From Takakia lepidozioides (taxonomy: Eukaryota > Plantae > Bryophyta), in contig CM060732.1 in assembly GCA_030704615.1 (NCBI GenBank), positions 77,128,001-77,192,000 on the forward strand: DNA of 64,000 nucleotides, read 5' to 3'. The stretch's first letter is position 1, and each line of letters starts with the position of its first letter. Shown piece after piece: positions 35,643 through 49,480 of this stretch. Under the pieces are notes generated by a model, which did not search any database, had not been told where the DNA came from, and saw only the letters and a program-made list of their open reading frames with translations. Position numbers and translations under genes: made by a program.

Positions 35643-38600
35643 AAACCATGAACGTATGATAAAGGTTCACTAGAATTACAAGGAGAAGGTGGGGGGAAGG
35701 TTCTTGGAGTTCTTCATACTTCCAAGTCGATTCACCCTTGTATCCATAATATAGAAACCCCCAAATTGGCCAAGTTTGAACTTCAGTTTGTTGAGTCCAA
35801 TGTATAGCGATGGTTTGTTCGTTATGGAGACTTTCTAGATTAATATTTAAAGAAGTACACTGTTGATTAGTGCAAGATGGAGCGGGAAACCGCGTACATC
35901 AAAACAAGTAACTGGGTATATTCGAGTCTTGAGAGGTCCTGAAGGCAGAAAAAGCTCCTTTCGACCTTCGACTTAGAAGAGGAGAGAGGCAACGAATCCT
36001 AGCTGAAGGACATTACGTTTACTAGTTATACTGTGCTTCGCACTGGAGAGCTGATCGGAGAGAGATGAATGCTCCGTGGAGATTTTTGCAATTGAGAATT
36101 AAATGAGATGAGGAAATCACCTGTAGACTAGGATATCTGATAACCGAGGTCTCGCTGGCTTAAGGAAGTTCACTTAAAGTTAACCATTCCTGGTACTTCG
36201 GCTTTAGATACATCTTGAAAAGTGAGAAGACAGATAGAGAGAAGACTCTGGCCAAAGCTAGCTAGCGTCAATAAGAGCCACAAGAGGGGTTTACTGCCCC
36301 TGTCGGGTGCTGGGCTCTATCCGGAAAAGTTCACGAGAAGGTTAGAAATTCGTTTTCAGGTATGCATGCCACAAATGCAATATTTATGTTGACAACCAGA
36401 TCTTGTCACAGCTAGAGGAACTGACTTGAAAAGCCTGCAGCACTTGAGAGAAACGTACCCACAATTAATATTGTTAGCCGACTGTTAGCCTCGCTGTTGC
36501 CAAGCCAAGGGCACCACCCAGGTTCACAACCTCCTTCTCACTAGTGACTCCAGTCGACTCCAGTAGGCACGGATAGACTAAAAAATCCGAGGTCTCTCAA
36601 CGCAGAGGATGTACTAGACAAAGAGGTGATTGGAGCTCAATCCCGTCCACATGCGAGAGTAAACAAACCCCTTCAGTACTCTTGGAGTTCCCTTCTTTTG
36701 TCTCTGATCACCTTCATCTAAAAGGAAGCTCCATGTGGAATGTAGACCAATCCAGCTTACGGCGCTGAAGTGATGCAGAATTAGCACCTTCCCTCAGATC
36801 TGCTGCACTTGAATACCCCTCTTCATCAATCTAAGAGATCTATCCATCATAAAGATGAGAGAGCTGCGATACCAATTGTAGGAGATTCCAGGGAATCCTG
36901 CTCTTCCCCTATGTTAAATACAGAATCTTCGAACTCAGTGCTCGCCGCTGACATCGGACCAGGTGGTTAAATTCACTCAGAGATCAGAGATCAGAGATGC
37001 GAACCCGAACCACCCAAGTGCTAGTCCTGCATGCTTCAGAAATCAGAATAGATCGGTCTGATTCGGCCACTCCAGAGGATTAACTATGTACTCTCTCTTC
37101 TTTTCTGCCACGCAGCTCGTGCAGATCTCTCGCAGAGGACGCCCTCGCTTTCCTCTTGTTTCCTTCGGGCTCGTCGTCGCCTCTTGACCACCACCCTTTA
37201 CGGACCCGTCAAATATGACGGAGGTCCGTTACGGGTGTGCCGACAATTGGCATATTCATCAACGGAACACGAATATGACGAACATGGACCATCTGTAGGC
37301 TCCTTAATTTCTGTTGATGACCCCAGTTACTCTAACGGTGCCTCACCTTTTGAGGTTAAGTTGAATGATTATTATGAATATGTAGAAGAATTACATAATG
37401 CGGAAATGATTGTGGGGGAGGAAAAGGTGTATAAAAAGCCTAGCTTATCAACAAGACAAGAAGGATGCGTGGCGGTCAGCTCAAAGACATGATTTTAGGA
37501 GTCAGACCATGGAGATGGGGACCGGGAGGAAATGGAGAAACTGTTTGGTTTTGTTCGGCGTGGTGCATGCTTTAGGGCAATGCCACCAATCCTTTGCAGA
37601 AAAAGCATTTGTCGCGTGGAGGTGTCAATTTTGTCCGCATCCTTGTAGTTTGTGATGGAGTTGTATGAATGATTTGGAAGTAGCTTTGATTTGGATTGTT
37701 GTGTTCATGCATGGATTTTCCGATCAACTCAAAGCTTAGGCCTTATTCCTTTCTATAATATAATATAATATATTTATAATTTTATGTATCTATGTATAGA
37801 CGTTATCATATGAGTCTCTAGGACAATTAACTTTTCTTACTATCAGGAATTAAGACATTTAAATTTGTTGATTTGGTTTATCGCTTTTTCTATGTTTTTT
37901 CCTTGCATTATGGATATGGTAAATGTCAATGCTTATCCTTATCATTGGTCACCCCCCAAGCAACCTGTCACGTGGCATAACTGGCATAACTGCCATTGTA
38001 TAATTGTTATGGTTAAATCATCGGCAATGAAGGGGATCATTTTATATAGAAACATCTTAGGGTCAAATGGCAATTGTATTTCAAATATATTATAATGCAT
38101 CGAAAATGAGTAGGATCCTCTATGATTCTAGTTGAAACCGTTCTTTTATAATTGAGCTCAGATAGTCGTATGCAAATTGATGTGACAAAATTCAGGATTG
38201 AACATGTCATCTTGGAGATTGTCTAAAGAAGAAGGAAAAAAATAAAAAATAAAACACTCTCTCAATTTCTAGATTCCAATAAACAGCATCCAATGTCCAC
38301 CTAGTAATAATGATTGCTAAGGCTAATATTGTTATAGCGGCATGAAAGTCGACGAACTCATATTATATAACATACGTTTGTACTCTGCCTACTAGCAACC
38401 GTGGTAAAAAAACATTATTACGGCATCCATATTATAATAGTTCTTGAGACACCATAATTCAGGCTTCATTGGGAGGCGTCATCCTTCTTTTGTTAGTAGT
38501 CGTCTTATAAGTCATGGGTTTAAATTTTAATGTCTTACATCTGTATGTTGGATGTTATCCATTATAGCCAACCCAGCTACAATAGAGGGGTCATTGGGTC

Positions 38601-40699
38601 CACCGGACAGCATATGTCTAATTCAAGGGGTTTGGGAAGGTTTGGGCAATCGTGTACAAGGTGTCTTAGTTTACAAAGTGAGGGTAATAAGCTCAGATTC
38701 AAAGTGAAGTAACAATTGCTTCAGCAACAGTCAACATTTTTTATTGCAATAGTTGGTCACTATCAAAAAAATTAATCAAATTAGAATGAGCTTGGTATTT
38801 TACTTTGATAGTTAACTGATTAATATTAGTTTTTTTTTCTAATTAACAGGGGATAGTGGCCTTGGGATTTGGGATTATTTGAGGGAAAAAAAATTAAAAC
38901 CCTCGATTACACCATGAGGCACACAAACCGTAGCCAGTGATGATAGTTTTCTGAAAGTCTTGAGACTCCCTTCCCCAAGGATTCGAAAGTCCCTAAGTAC
39001 CCACACAATAAGTAACCGATTGACCCAAGCACCTTATTTTATAGCTTGGCTGGTCATTGGGTGACATCCAATACACCTATATGACTTTGGCAGATCAGCA
39101 AATCTGCATAGTGGTTGGTAGATGTGTAGTTTTGGGAGATGTATCGTTTTGGGAGATGTATCATGGTACTATTACATGGGTGTGAATTTTCCTTGGAAAT
39201 TTTACTTCTGTTTTCTCCCTTTATAATTTGATTCTCGGTGGTCTATTGATATAGAGAGTTACTACATTGTTTCTTCAGTAGATATGTGCTCTCAAGTGTG
39301 ATGTGTGAAGTAAGACCGGCACTCCCACTCAGGCAATTTTTTTGTGTCTGAGTGTAACTACTGAATTATATATATGGCTATCTCATGATCTGCATGGTTC
39401 TTTTTATCCTTTTTTTCTTTTAGGTTTCACTGGCAGACATCCATATGGGTGTCAAAGTCACCTTGGAAAGAACATCTCTATGGGTCGTTCTTCTAAATGG
39501 TAGAATTACGGTAGAGACCAAGGAAACGCTTAGAGAATGTGCCAGAGCTGATGCACTCTTTCCTCCTCCTTCTCTTCATTTTTTGTTTGGTGGTTTAGGG
39601 TGTTGTCCCTGTGTCGTCTCAGGTGGCTGGGGTTAGATCATTGTAGTTAATTTTATTCATTAGTAAGCTTGCTATTTGAATTTGGCATAAATAATACTTT
39701 CGTCAAAATACCTGCACATTTGTACAATTGTGGATAATTTATCACTCTCATTAACCAAGCTCGTTTTCAACATTTTGGCCATTTTTGGTACTTTGAAAGA
39801 CTAAAATGCCCATAACTACACGACATTTCATCCACAAGTTTCAACCATCCTAGCTTGGTTATGCATCACACCTCCAAATTTGGCAGGATTCCACCATATA
39901 TATGTATTTATATATATATATATAGCTTTGCGGACCTAGAATTTGAGCTTCCACACAATGCCATATGAGAGTCTTTTCTATGGGCTGTTTTGTATGGGTG
40001 TATGTGGGGTGTATAAAGGTAAAAATATAAATGGTGACATGAGCCTTCAAATGAGGTACAATGTTTCCCAACTTTTTGAAGAAACCGGACTAAAAATGTG
40101 TGGGTGCCATGCTAATGCCCCACAATGTACAAAACATTTAAACAGTTTAATAAATCCATAGAAATGTTTTTGGCCCCGAGTACAATATTGACCCACTGCA
40201 ACTGGACTGCAGGCAGGGCTAAGGCAAGATTTTTTGGTAAAATATTTTTGGGGGGCCACGTCCCATCTTGTGCCACCCCCTACTCACTCCACCCGACTCA
40301 CCCTTTCATGTATCACCATAGCCCGTAGCCTTTCCCGACACTTTCATCTGTCACCCTTTCTAACCACTTAATCCATTTTTGAAAAGAGTGCATATGAGCA
40401 ATCTATCTTCCCTCTTTCAGAAGCCACACTCTTCTTATTCCCCTTCTCTTGCCCAAGGACTGTACAGGGTTTGAACCCGCCATCTCCCGACAACCCAGTC
40501 AACCCCTCCATTATTAAAGACAAACCCTTGCCTAGAATCTCATTACATCCCCATCACATACATAGTAATCCACATGACCCCACAAAGGAAAAAATCCACT
40601 CTGCAAATATCCTACGAATACCACAGCAATACCCCTGCCATCAATATGTACATACAACTGAAACCAACAATCAGCCAAACCAAAATCTCACACCTCAGT

Positions 40700-41320
40700 T
40701 CCCAACTTGCACACACTTTTATTGTCCCAAGTGCAACTCAACATTCATGTCCCTTGCAACGTTTTCTCTTACTAAAGTCTTGCACATGGTACACTTGTGC
40801 CTACAAGTCGAGTGTACAGACTAATGTATTGCCCACAGATTGGGCTGAAAGATGGAGGCACTCTCCAATGCTGTGTCAATATGGGTTAGAGGCAAACCAC
40901 CAATTGTCTCATGTGCTGAGAATGCAAAATCCAGCAAGTTACCATGTTGGTGTCAAGCAACAAGAAATAGACCCTATGCCATCATTTGTGGGTTCCCATC
41001 TGTACACTACCAGACCCCCTCAGTTGGTCTTGTATATCCACCCTCTCATGAAACATTGGTACAGAACATGCATAGGTGAAGACGGGATCATTACCCTGAC
41101 ATTGCCCACATCTGCGCAAAGTGACAGGTGATTTGGGCCAATCACAGGTCTAGTAGTAGATTAGGACACTAAAAACACTGTCTTCTTGTCAAACCACATA
41201 AATGCAACCATGTCTTTTCCTTGTGCATTATATAATGCATGTCACCCTGCTTCCAACCCGTCTTCTTCATTTGGGTTGGGTCAATGGATGATTGGGCTCA
41301 GAAGTATATGTCCAGTCTGT
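40700..41320 (-). mobile_element. piggyBac-like transposase C-terminal relic
   Basis: MVAFMWFDKKTVFLVS (41211-41164), YQCFMRG/VDIQDQLRG, HK*WHRVYFLLLDTNMVTCWILH, then Cys-rich HKCTMCK...RCK. These match the WxDxKxV, YNxxMGGVDxxDQ and KWWxRxFxxLLD signatures. Confidence 0.75.
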
Positions 41321-42695
41321 CCAGTTTCTAGGTTTTTTTTTTCTAACATCAATTTTGATCCTCAGAAACTGAAATTTTATGGGAGATCCAATATTTTTGA
41401 ATGACAAATTGAGTTGAGAATTAGGTCCAATTTAGATCAAATCCGATTTGGAATGTTACTGTTCTAGTTGTAGATTGCTTTGTGCGATGTTATAAAAATT
41501 GTCCACACAAGTATGTAGATTAACTATGGTGTGTGTATGACATAATTTTCATACAATTATGTAATGAGACTTTGTAGATTAAAAGTGAACTTATATACTT
41601 TGGCAATCCAATACTTTCCACTCTAATCCAACTTGTTTGTTAAGTGTTTCCAACCTAATTAACACACGATTTTTTATTGTGCAAAAGTGTGATTATTCAA
41701 AGTAATCCAACTCTTGTGAATTCTTCCATTACAAAACTTGAAGAATAAAAACTATGATTGGACATCTGCAATTGGACACTTTCCCAGGCGACAGTGACTC
41801 ACTTTTCCATTGGCGCATGGATGAGACTACTGTGCAATCCGAAGCACATGCACTGAGTCCTCAGAAAAAATCTCTAAGGCGCTTTAGAAGCAAAATGCTC
41901 TGCTTTGCATCAAAGTGGGTTGCTAATCAGTTTGCCCTCAAGTTGCACCTTGAGGATATTCTTGAGGTAGTATCTCTCATATTGAGCACAACAGCGGACG
42001 TTGCGACAGCTGCCCTACGTGACTATTGGTTCGAGACGTTATCACATATGATCCTCTCCATTGGAGGCACTTTTACGTGTACATTTATGGATATGGGTGG
42101 AGAATTTAGGGTGACTCTTCCCCAGGCAGAGCTTCAGGTATTTAAGAGCAACGAAGATGTTTGTTCAAAAGCCAAGGATGATGTAGTTTCTAATAGCAAG
42201 GCCAAAAACACAACTCAACTACAACGACGAAGTATTCGAAGTAGTTCATGTAATTGCAAATAATCCAGAGTTCTTTAAAACTTCAAAACTAATAAATCAC
42301 ATGCTGAAGCAAATATTAAACATTAAACCTCGTTCACAAATAGTGACGTGCCTTATAAGCAATAGATCACTACATCTCCACTTGTATATGCTTATCAAAA
42401 TTTACATAATATATGTATCTAAAAGATATTATACATATATTTAGTCTAGGGTAAAGCGTTGACTTCGGACAACAACGTCTAGACGCAATGAATTAATAAT
42501 TTGTTGATTGAGTATATTCAAGTTTTATGAAAAGATAGATTGCGTTTCATCGAGCATGTCATCAGCCACGTTGGCTAAGTCTATGAAGTCTAAGAGATAT
42601 GCATAGAAGTTCTCAAATAGGAAATCAAAACCGTTAGGAAGAGCTCCAAAGGGAGGTATGTCTCCCGTTTGTGCGAAGACAAGAGCGTTGAAAAG

Positions 42696-42990
42696 ATGAA
42701 TATCGTATAATCCAATTCCAACTGCATTGTAAGCTGGATGTAACAATTGAGTTCCTGGATCAAGACAACCATGCCCACGACAAGGAGGAAGATTGTACGT
42801 ATGTTCGGGAAGATGAATACTGTATAATCCAATTCTAACTGCATTGTAAGCTGGATCTAACAACTGAGTTCCTGGATCGAAACAACCATGCCCACGACAA
42901 GGAGGAAGTTTGTGCGTATGTTTGGGAAGATGAATATTGTATAATCCAATTTCAACTTCATTGCAAGCTGGATCTAACAACTAAGTTCCT
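42696..42990. repeat. 117-bp (39-codon) tandem repeat, ~2.5 copies
   Basis: GATGAATA..GTATAATCCAATT..AACT.CATTG.AAGCTGGAT recurs at ~42696, 42813 and 42930. Confidence 0.8.
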
Positions 42991-44061
42991 ACATCGAGGC
43001 AATCCACATTCATCGGCACCGGTAGAATTTTTTTTCGGTGATATGAAACCACTACACAAGCTACAGAATTATCAATCCGATTTGCCCACCACTTGATGAA
43101 GATGTAGATTTGTACCTCAGTGAAAGCTATAATATATCAAACAAAAAGCATATGGGTGAGATTTTTTTCTCATGGTACATAATACAGATAACATGAATGA
43201 CTAATCAGATGTTGCTGAAATTCTACGTCATGGTTGAAGTAAATGTGAGTTTTCTCACCCTCCTTATCAACCAAGCTATCATTGACTGTGAAACTCCGAC
43301 TTCCACTTGATAAGCGTTGGGAATGGCGTATATCAAATGATCAAGGGAACACCTAGAGGCCGAACATAATGACGAATGAAAATTTGAAAAAACATTTCAA
43401 ATACGACGGAACTAGTGCATGCATTTTCTTGAAAGAAAGCTATAGAAAAGTGATTTCTCATGATCATCATCTTTTGCAAAGTATAATCAAACAATCTTTA
43501 TCCCCAATTGTACACACTCTAAATAACAAGATGAGATTGTTAAAAAAAATCTTCTAACTCAAGTTTATACTAAGGAACGGAGATAAGCTCATCATGATCT
43601 AAATGAAATAGAGTTAAATAATTGATGATGGATGAATAGACCATTACAATTAAAAATATATATATTAACAAACACATGATGAGTTTTATTTCTTACAAAC
43701 CTAGGTTTTTAAAGAAATACGTTTCGGAGCAAAAGATATATGATGCCAACTTTAAATACAATGTAACTTGGATTTACCAAACTTAAACTCAAATTTGAAA
43801 TTCAAACTCAAATTGTTCAAACTACCATGAACAATGGAATTTGTTTCAATGTAAGTTTTACAATGAATAATGAAATTTGTAGTTTGAACAATGTAACTTG
43901 GAACCCAACTCAAATTCAAGCTACCATACACTGGACCACAACTTGCATAATATCATGGACCGCTATCATGGCGGCCCCCCAAAACCTAACAGGCGGCGGT
44001 TAGGGTTCTCTTTTCCACGACCCCTACCAAAGCTCAATTTGTCGCTGCAAATCGTTCGGAT

Positions 44062-47000
44062 ATCGTGTTGATATGCACATATAGACATTATGGATGCAGG
44101 GTTTCAAGGGTTTATGAGCGCCTCTTTTGGCGGCTTCAGCGACAGATTGATGTCCAGAGGTTGTACTACAGATTCGGGATCGGGGAGAGTGGAGCAACAA
44201 ATGTGGTGATTTTTAATGGTTTTGAAGCTACTGTAGGCATAGGTAAGCAAGAATATAACATGAACCTCTGTGTCTGAGTGCTTCAGCTCGCGTCAAACAG
44301 TGTACGTCCAGTGTTTGAGCAATAACAATGGAGATTTTCAAAGGGATCAAAGGGATGATCTTGAACTTTTGTCAGTCACTAATGTTGTTGTAGATGAAGG
44401 TGTCACCTCTGAGAAGGACCTACAATGCTGAAGAAGATGCTTTGTGGAGGCAGCGCCTCATGGTGCTCTTAGATAATCAGAAGTTTTGGGTTCCTTACCA
44501 TAGAGGATATGAGGCATGGGCGTTCTTTGTTTTCAAATTGAATGATTCTGCAAGTGCTATAGATGTCCAGGCTACTCAGCTGATGAGGTGTATAATCAGA
44601 GTCCCATGAAGGGAGCTCTCACAGCTCTACCAGATCTCGTAAATGATAAATGTAACCTACAATCCCGAACAATATGGAATTACTGCCATGAAGAAACATG
44701 TAAGTAACGAGCACACTCACGATCTGGCTAAGTATAAATCCCACAAAAAAGCTTGGAGGATAGAGATCAGTCCACTACTTCTTCTGCCATAACCAACTTC
44801 TTTGGATCTGCCTCACCATACAGGAAAGATAACCCTATCCAGAAGCGTTTTATTGAAGATCTTGTCTTAATCATTGCCAAGGGCTATATACCTCTATCAG
44901 CAGTAGAGAATCCATGGCTGAGGCGTTTGGTAATGAGGCTCCATGGAACTGTGGTGTTTCCCTCCAGGAAACAACTTGTGCGTGAGTATCTTCTTGCCTT
45001 TCTTGCAAAAACTCTATTGGAGAGGTATGTGTCGTCTTTGATAGTTCAATGTGCAACAGTGATAGTCTCATTTGACCTTTGGATGAGTAGATCATGCTAT
45101 GACACCTTTGTATTGGACCTAATAAATTTTATCAATGAGGTGTAGCACCCTTGCCATGTTACTATTGGCATTTTTGAGGCCCCGGATACATGTGGGGCTG
45201 CTCTAGTTGAGCAAGTGAAGGCTCTCTTAGCTGAGCATGGCTTGACCAACAAGGTTTTGGCATATGTCAAGGAGATTGGCCCCCTTACAGCTGCACTTAC
45301 ATCTATTGTGAGTTTTGATCCATTGAAGTTACAGCAACCATATATTCTTGGTACTTGTTTTGGATATGTGATGAGCAAAGCTTGTCAGTATGCAACAAAT
45401 GATGCCAAGGTTGGTGAAGGCATGAATGAGGTCAGCCTTAAGAGTGTTCAACAGGCCCTTCAGAAAACCATAACATGGACAAAAAAGTCCGGGAAGGGGA
45501 GGATCGACTGGTAGAGGGCCTGCCAAGAGGCTGGAATGCGGCATAGGAAATTAAGAATCCCAGTGAAGACGAGGTTTGCCTCCAAAGTCATTCTGTTCCA
45601 AGAGACTTGAGTATGCTACTGCCATTATCATTTGTTATATGCGACAGAGCAATACATTGTTGCAAGCTCGAGTTCCAAGTGGTCTGACTTGGGCCATTGC
45701 ACGGGCAGTAACTGATACCCGAAACCCTGTCGTGCATCAATGTTTGTTGAATCAGAGAATGGGTTACTGGCTTTTGAGTGATTCATTGTTTGCTACCATG
45801 GCCATTATGGGGAAGATGAATGTTGCATACCAGCAGCGAGCTCTAGTACAGCCCCCTCTACGTTGTGGTGAATTTGACCAAGAAATTGAGATTTTATACG
45901 GCCGTATGGCGATGGAGGTGATCACTGTTTTGCGTCTTTTTTTGTCATTTGCAAAATCTTTCAAATAGGGCAAAGGCCCATAACATGTTGGCTTTGATGC
46001 TCGATCCTTGCTTCACGGGCATGAAGTGTCTGATGGATTACGTGGGTAGAAATCAGACTGAAACTTTGGTGCAAGAGTACGATGCTTTGGTGCTGCTGCC
46101 ATTGTTGAATTCAGTGATGGATTGTTTGAATCCTCGAGCTGTACAACCAGCCAAGGCTAGCTCTAAATCTAAAACCGTAAAATCCATTTCAGGTCATACA
46201 GTGAATTCTGATTCTTTGTTTGGATTTGTGGCATCACGAAAGGAGGCTCCGAGGGTCTATTGAATTGTCTTTGTTTTATCATGTTTCAGTGGATAATGTG
46301 GACAACCTTGATCCCTTGAATTGGTGGTTTGAGAATGAGACACGGTTCACAAATGTGGGTTTTCTAGCCCAACAAATACTTGACATCCTTGGTTCTCAGA
46401 TTGAGACCGAGAGGATCTTTTCAGTTGCAAGTGTTCTCATAGGTTTGAGGAGGTGTCGGCTTGGAGTCAATAATCTTGACAAACTAGTTATAATTTACAA
46501 GAATTGGCCTAGCGATGCTCAGGCTGATTGTAAGCTTGTTCATGGGGATAAGCTAGATGAATTTCTTGTACTATTAGAAGAAAATGAGGAGCTGCTCAAG
46601 AAAGTTGGATAGTTTGAGAATGATGACTCGGGTACTATGTAATGTAGGGTAGAGATTTAGGCTAGCTAGGGGAATTACAACAGTGACACTTTGATCTTCA
46701 TTTGCGAAACATTGTGGATGCAATTCTGATTTAGTGTATGATGTATAGGGGTTGGTATCATGTGAGCAGAGCAGGTTTCCCTTGTGCTCATGTGCTCTAT
46801 GATGTATGGAAGCTTGCTTACATCGGATGTTGAATTTGAATACTATTACCATGTCCTCTGCTGGCCGAATTTGTGCTATGAGCGTGAGGGCATCATGGCT
46901 CCCAGCCGCTGGCATCAGAGATGTTCATTCCTTCTCTCCTCTCCCATGGTTATTTTTTCCACTTTTGTATTTTGTACCCTCTTTTGTCAATAATATTTCT

Positions 47001-47161
47001 CAACCCCTGTTCAAAAAAGAAGAAAAAGGAAAAAAAAAGAAAAAAAAAAGTACCATATCCGAGTTCATATTTCTAGGTTATTGGCATTCAGATACCATTG
47101 TTCATATCCGGATTGAATTTTTTCTTAAAACCACATATGCATAGGTCCATATCAATACATG
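44062..47161 (+). mobile_element. hAT DNA transposon, degenerate transposase (~44390-46612)
   Basis: BED-like WAFF...MRCII...MKKHVSNEH; SFDLWMSRS; ALMLDP; dimerisation domain DPLNWW...FLAQQILDILGSQIETERIFSVA...RCRL. Imperfect TIR-like ends: GTGTTGATATGCACATAT versus the reverse complement of ATAGGTCCATATCAATAC. Confidence 0.85.
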
Positions 47162-48950
47162 AAGCGAGACGTTTGTTTTGTAGCGTCGTTGAGATCTCCC
47201 AAACCGCGGGCCCCAGCGCCGGTGCTTGGTGCCGTTGGATAGCCCTCGACGAGGAGGGGTGCACCAGCTTGGTCTCATGATTTTTGGACAAGCGGTGAGG
47301 GAGATGTGGAATTCCAAGTTCTTTTGGCCGCTGGAAATTCACAAAAAATGGGCATTTAGACGCCTAATCAATATACGAAGCCAGGTAGTTTGTTGGCTCC
47401 TCTTTATTGTAAAGATCAGTCTAAAAAATGGCTAAGTCCCTGTTGTGCCTTTCCCAGGTGTCACCTCCTCTCCTTTGCTAAAAACTACTTCCATGATGTG
47501 CCTTCTCCAAATAATACTTACCTCCGGTAACATTTTTGTTATTGAACAGCTTATGAAAAATAAATGGATGAATTTTCAAGTCTAGTATGGATGAAAGTAG
47601 GTCCGAGTATCCACAAAGAGGAGCCATATGCGACTAGCCTAGCAGCTTGTTTGTTTTGTTTTGTTTTGTAGCCTAAGCTGGCTTGGTCTCATGATTTTTG
47701 GACCTGCAATGTGGGAGATGTCGAAATTCAAGTACTTTTGGTTGCTTTGATATACGAAGCAAGGTAGTTTGTTTGTCTCTTTGTAGCGTTGAGATTTCCC
47801 AAACCGCGGAGCCCCAACTCTGGTGTTTGGTACCTTTGGAAAGCCCTCGATGAGGAGTGGTGCAACGACTTCGTGTCATAATTTGGACATGTGGTGTGCA
47901 AAATATAGAATTTTCAAGTACTTTTGGTCGTTGGAAATTCGTGAAAAATAACAAGCCTCAAACGGCAATTGGCTCTCTTGCTTTTCTTTGGCACAACATA
48001 AGGGAAGGTAAGAGTTGGGAGCAAGATTCAGCACAACACACCAATTAGTGCCTTGACACGGTGTAAGGTCCTTTGACCACATTTTTTCCATTGACTTGCT
48101 TGTCTCCGCAAAGTCTCTCTCTACAAGAGAGCCAACAAAGTGGGCTTTCCTGAATACGTAGGAAATTACACTTGGGCTTAGATGGGCCTTAACCCAGCGG
48201 ATACATAGGAAATTGCTCAATTCTTCACACATGGGCCAACGGCACAGGCTACCCTAGTCAATATATGGAGCAAGGTGGTTTGTTTGTTTGTTTTGTAGCA
48301 ATGAGAGGGGATTGCACTTGGACTTCGATGACACTTGGGCCAAAGGCACAAGCTACTCTAAATTGGGCTTTTTGTAAATCTTAGCGTTCACAATATTGTT
48401 TGTAATGCCGTTGAGATCTCCCAAACCGAGGGGCCCTTGGCTACGATTTTAGTATTGTTGGAAAGCCTTGGATGAGTAGGGGTGCATTGACTTGGTTTCA
48501 CAAAATTTGGACCTATAGGCCGAGACTTATGGAATTATAAATAAAGTTGGTCGCTGAAAATCCACTAAATTACAAAATCAAGTGTTGGAAAGACATTGGA
48601 GGTTGCACTTGGGCTTAGATAGTCTAGGCCATAATTTTGGTACCATTGGAAAGTCCTCAATGAGTAAGGGGTGCACCAACTTGGTTTCACAAAATTTGGA
48701 CCTACCGGCCGAGAATTATAGAAATATGAACAATTTTGGTCGCTGAAAATTCAACTAAATTACAAAATTAATTATTAGAATGACACTGGAGGTCGCACTT
48801 GGGCCTCTACATGGGAGAAGCACTTGGATACATAGGAGATTGCACTTGGGCTTAGATGGGCCTTAACATAGGAAGCGCACTTGGATACATAGGTCTTAGA
48901 TTTCAATTCTTCACACATGGGCCAACGGCATAGGCTACCCCAATATTATT
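47162..48950 (+). repeat. Cluster of non-autonomous Helitron-like repeats
   Basis: Recurring GAGATCTCCCAAACCG...TTGGAAAGCCCTCGATGAG..GGGTGCACC units; 3' end GGGCCAACGGCACAGGCTACCCTAG; head-to-tail CTAG|TC junction at 48254-48259. Confidence 0.55.
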
Positions 48951-49189
48951 AAAACATAGGACCCACTAGGCATGTTCCCCAAAATCATATATGCACATTA
49001 GGCATCTTCATGATATAACTTTTTTGAGTTGGACACACGAAAAGAGAAAACATCGATTTTCTTAAAATAAAAGTAAAACAGTAAAGACCTTAGTGTGGAG
49101 AGAATTATATGCAGATATCCGTTATCACACTGGGATGGACGAGCTAGATGAGAGATCATGATGGTTAGTGATGAGGATCAATATGATGA

Positions 49190-49480
49190 CATTGCCTAGT
49201 CCATGAAGGGGCATTTTGGCATGCACCCACATTTGGCATACCTGTCCGCCGGGCAGTGTTCAGAATGACATCTGGTACAATTCCAGCTTTGACTATGTCA
49301 CCACGGACCTCTTTCCCCTCTTCCAGGGCTGCCAGGCTTGCACACGCATTGCAAACGGAAACAAACGTGATGTGGTCAGGGTTCGCCCCTTCCCCCATCA
49401 TTTGCTCATCTCCAAAGCCTCCATCCAGCGCCCTTGCTGTGCATACCCTGCAGTATCTGGTTATAGGGGTGCGGTAACAG
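49190..49480 (-). pseudogene. PLS-class PPR gene fragment
   Basis: GYAQQGRWMEALE.../MMGEGANPDHITFVSVCNACASLAALEEGKEV.GDIVKAGIVPDVILNTA.../YAKCG, with frameshifts. Confidence 0.8.
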
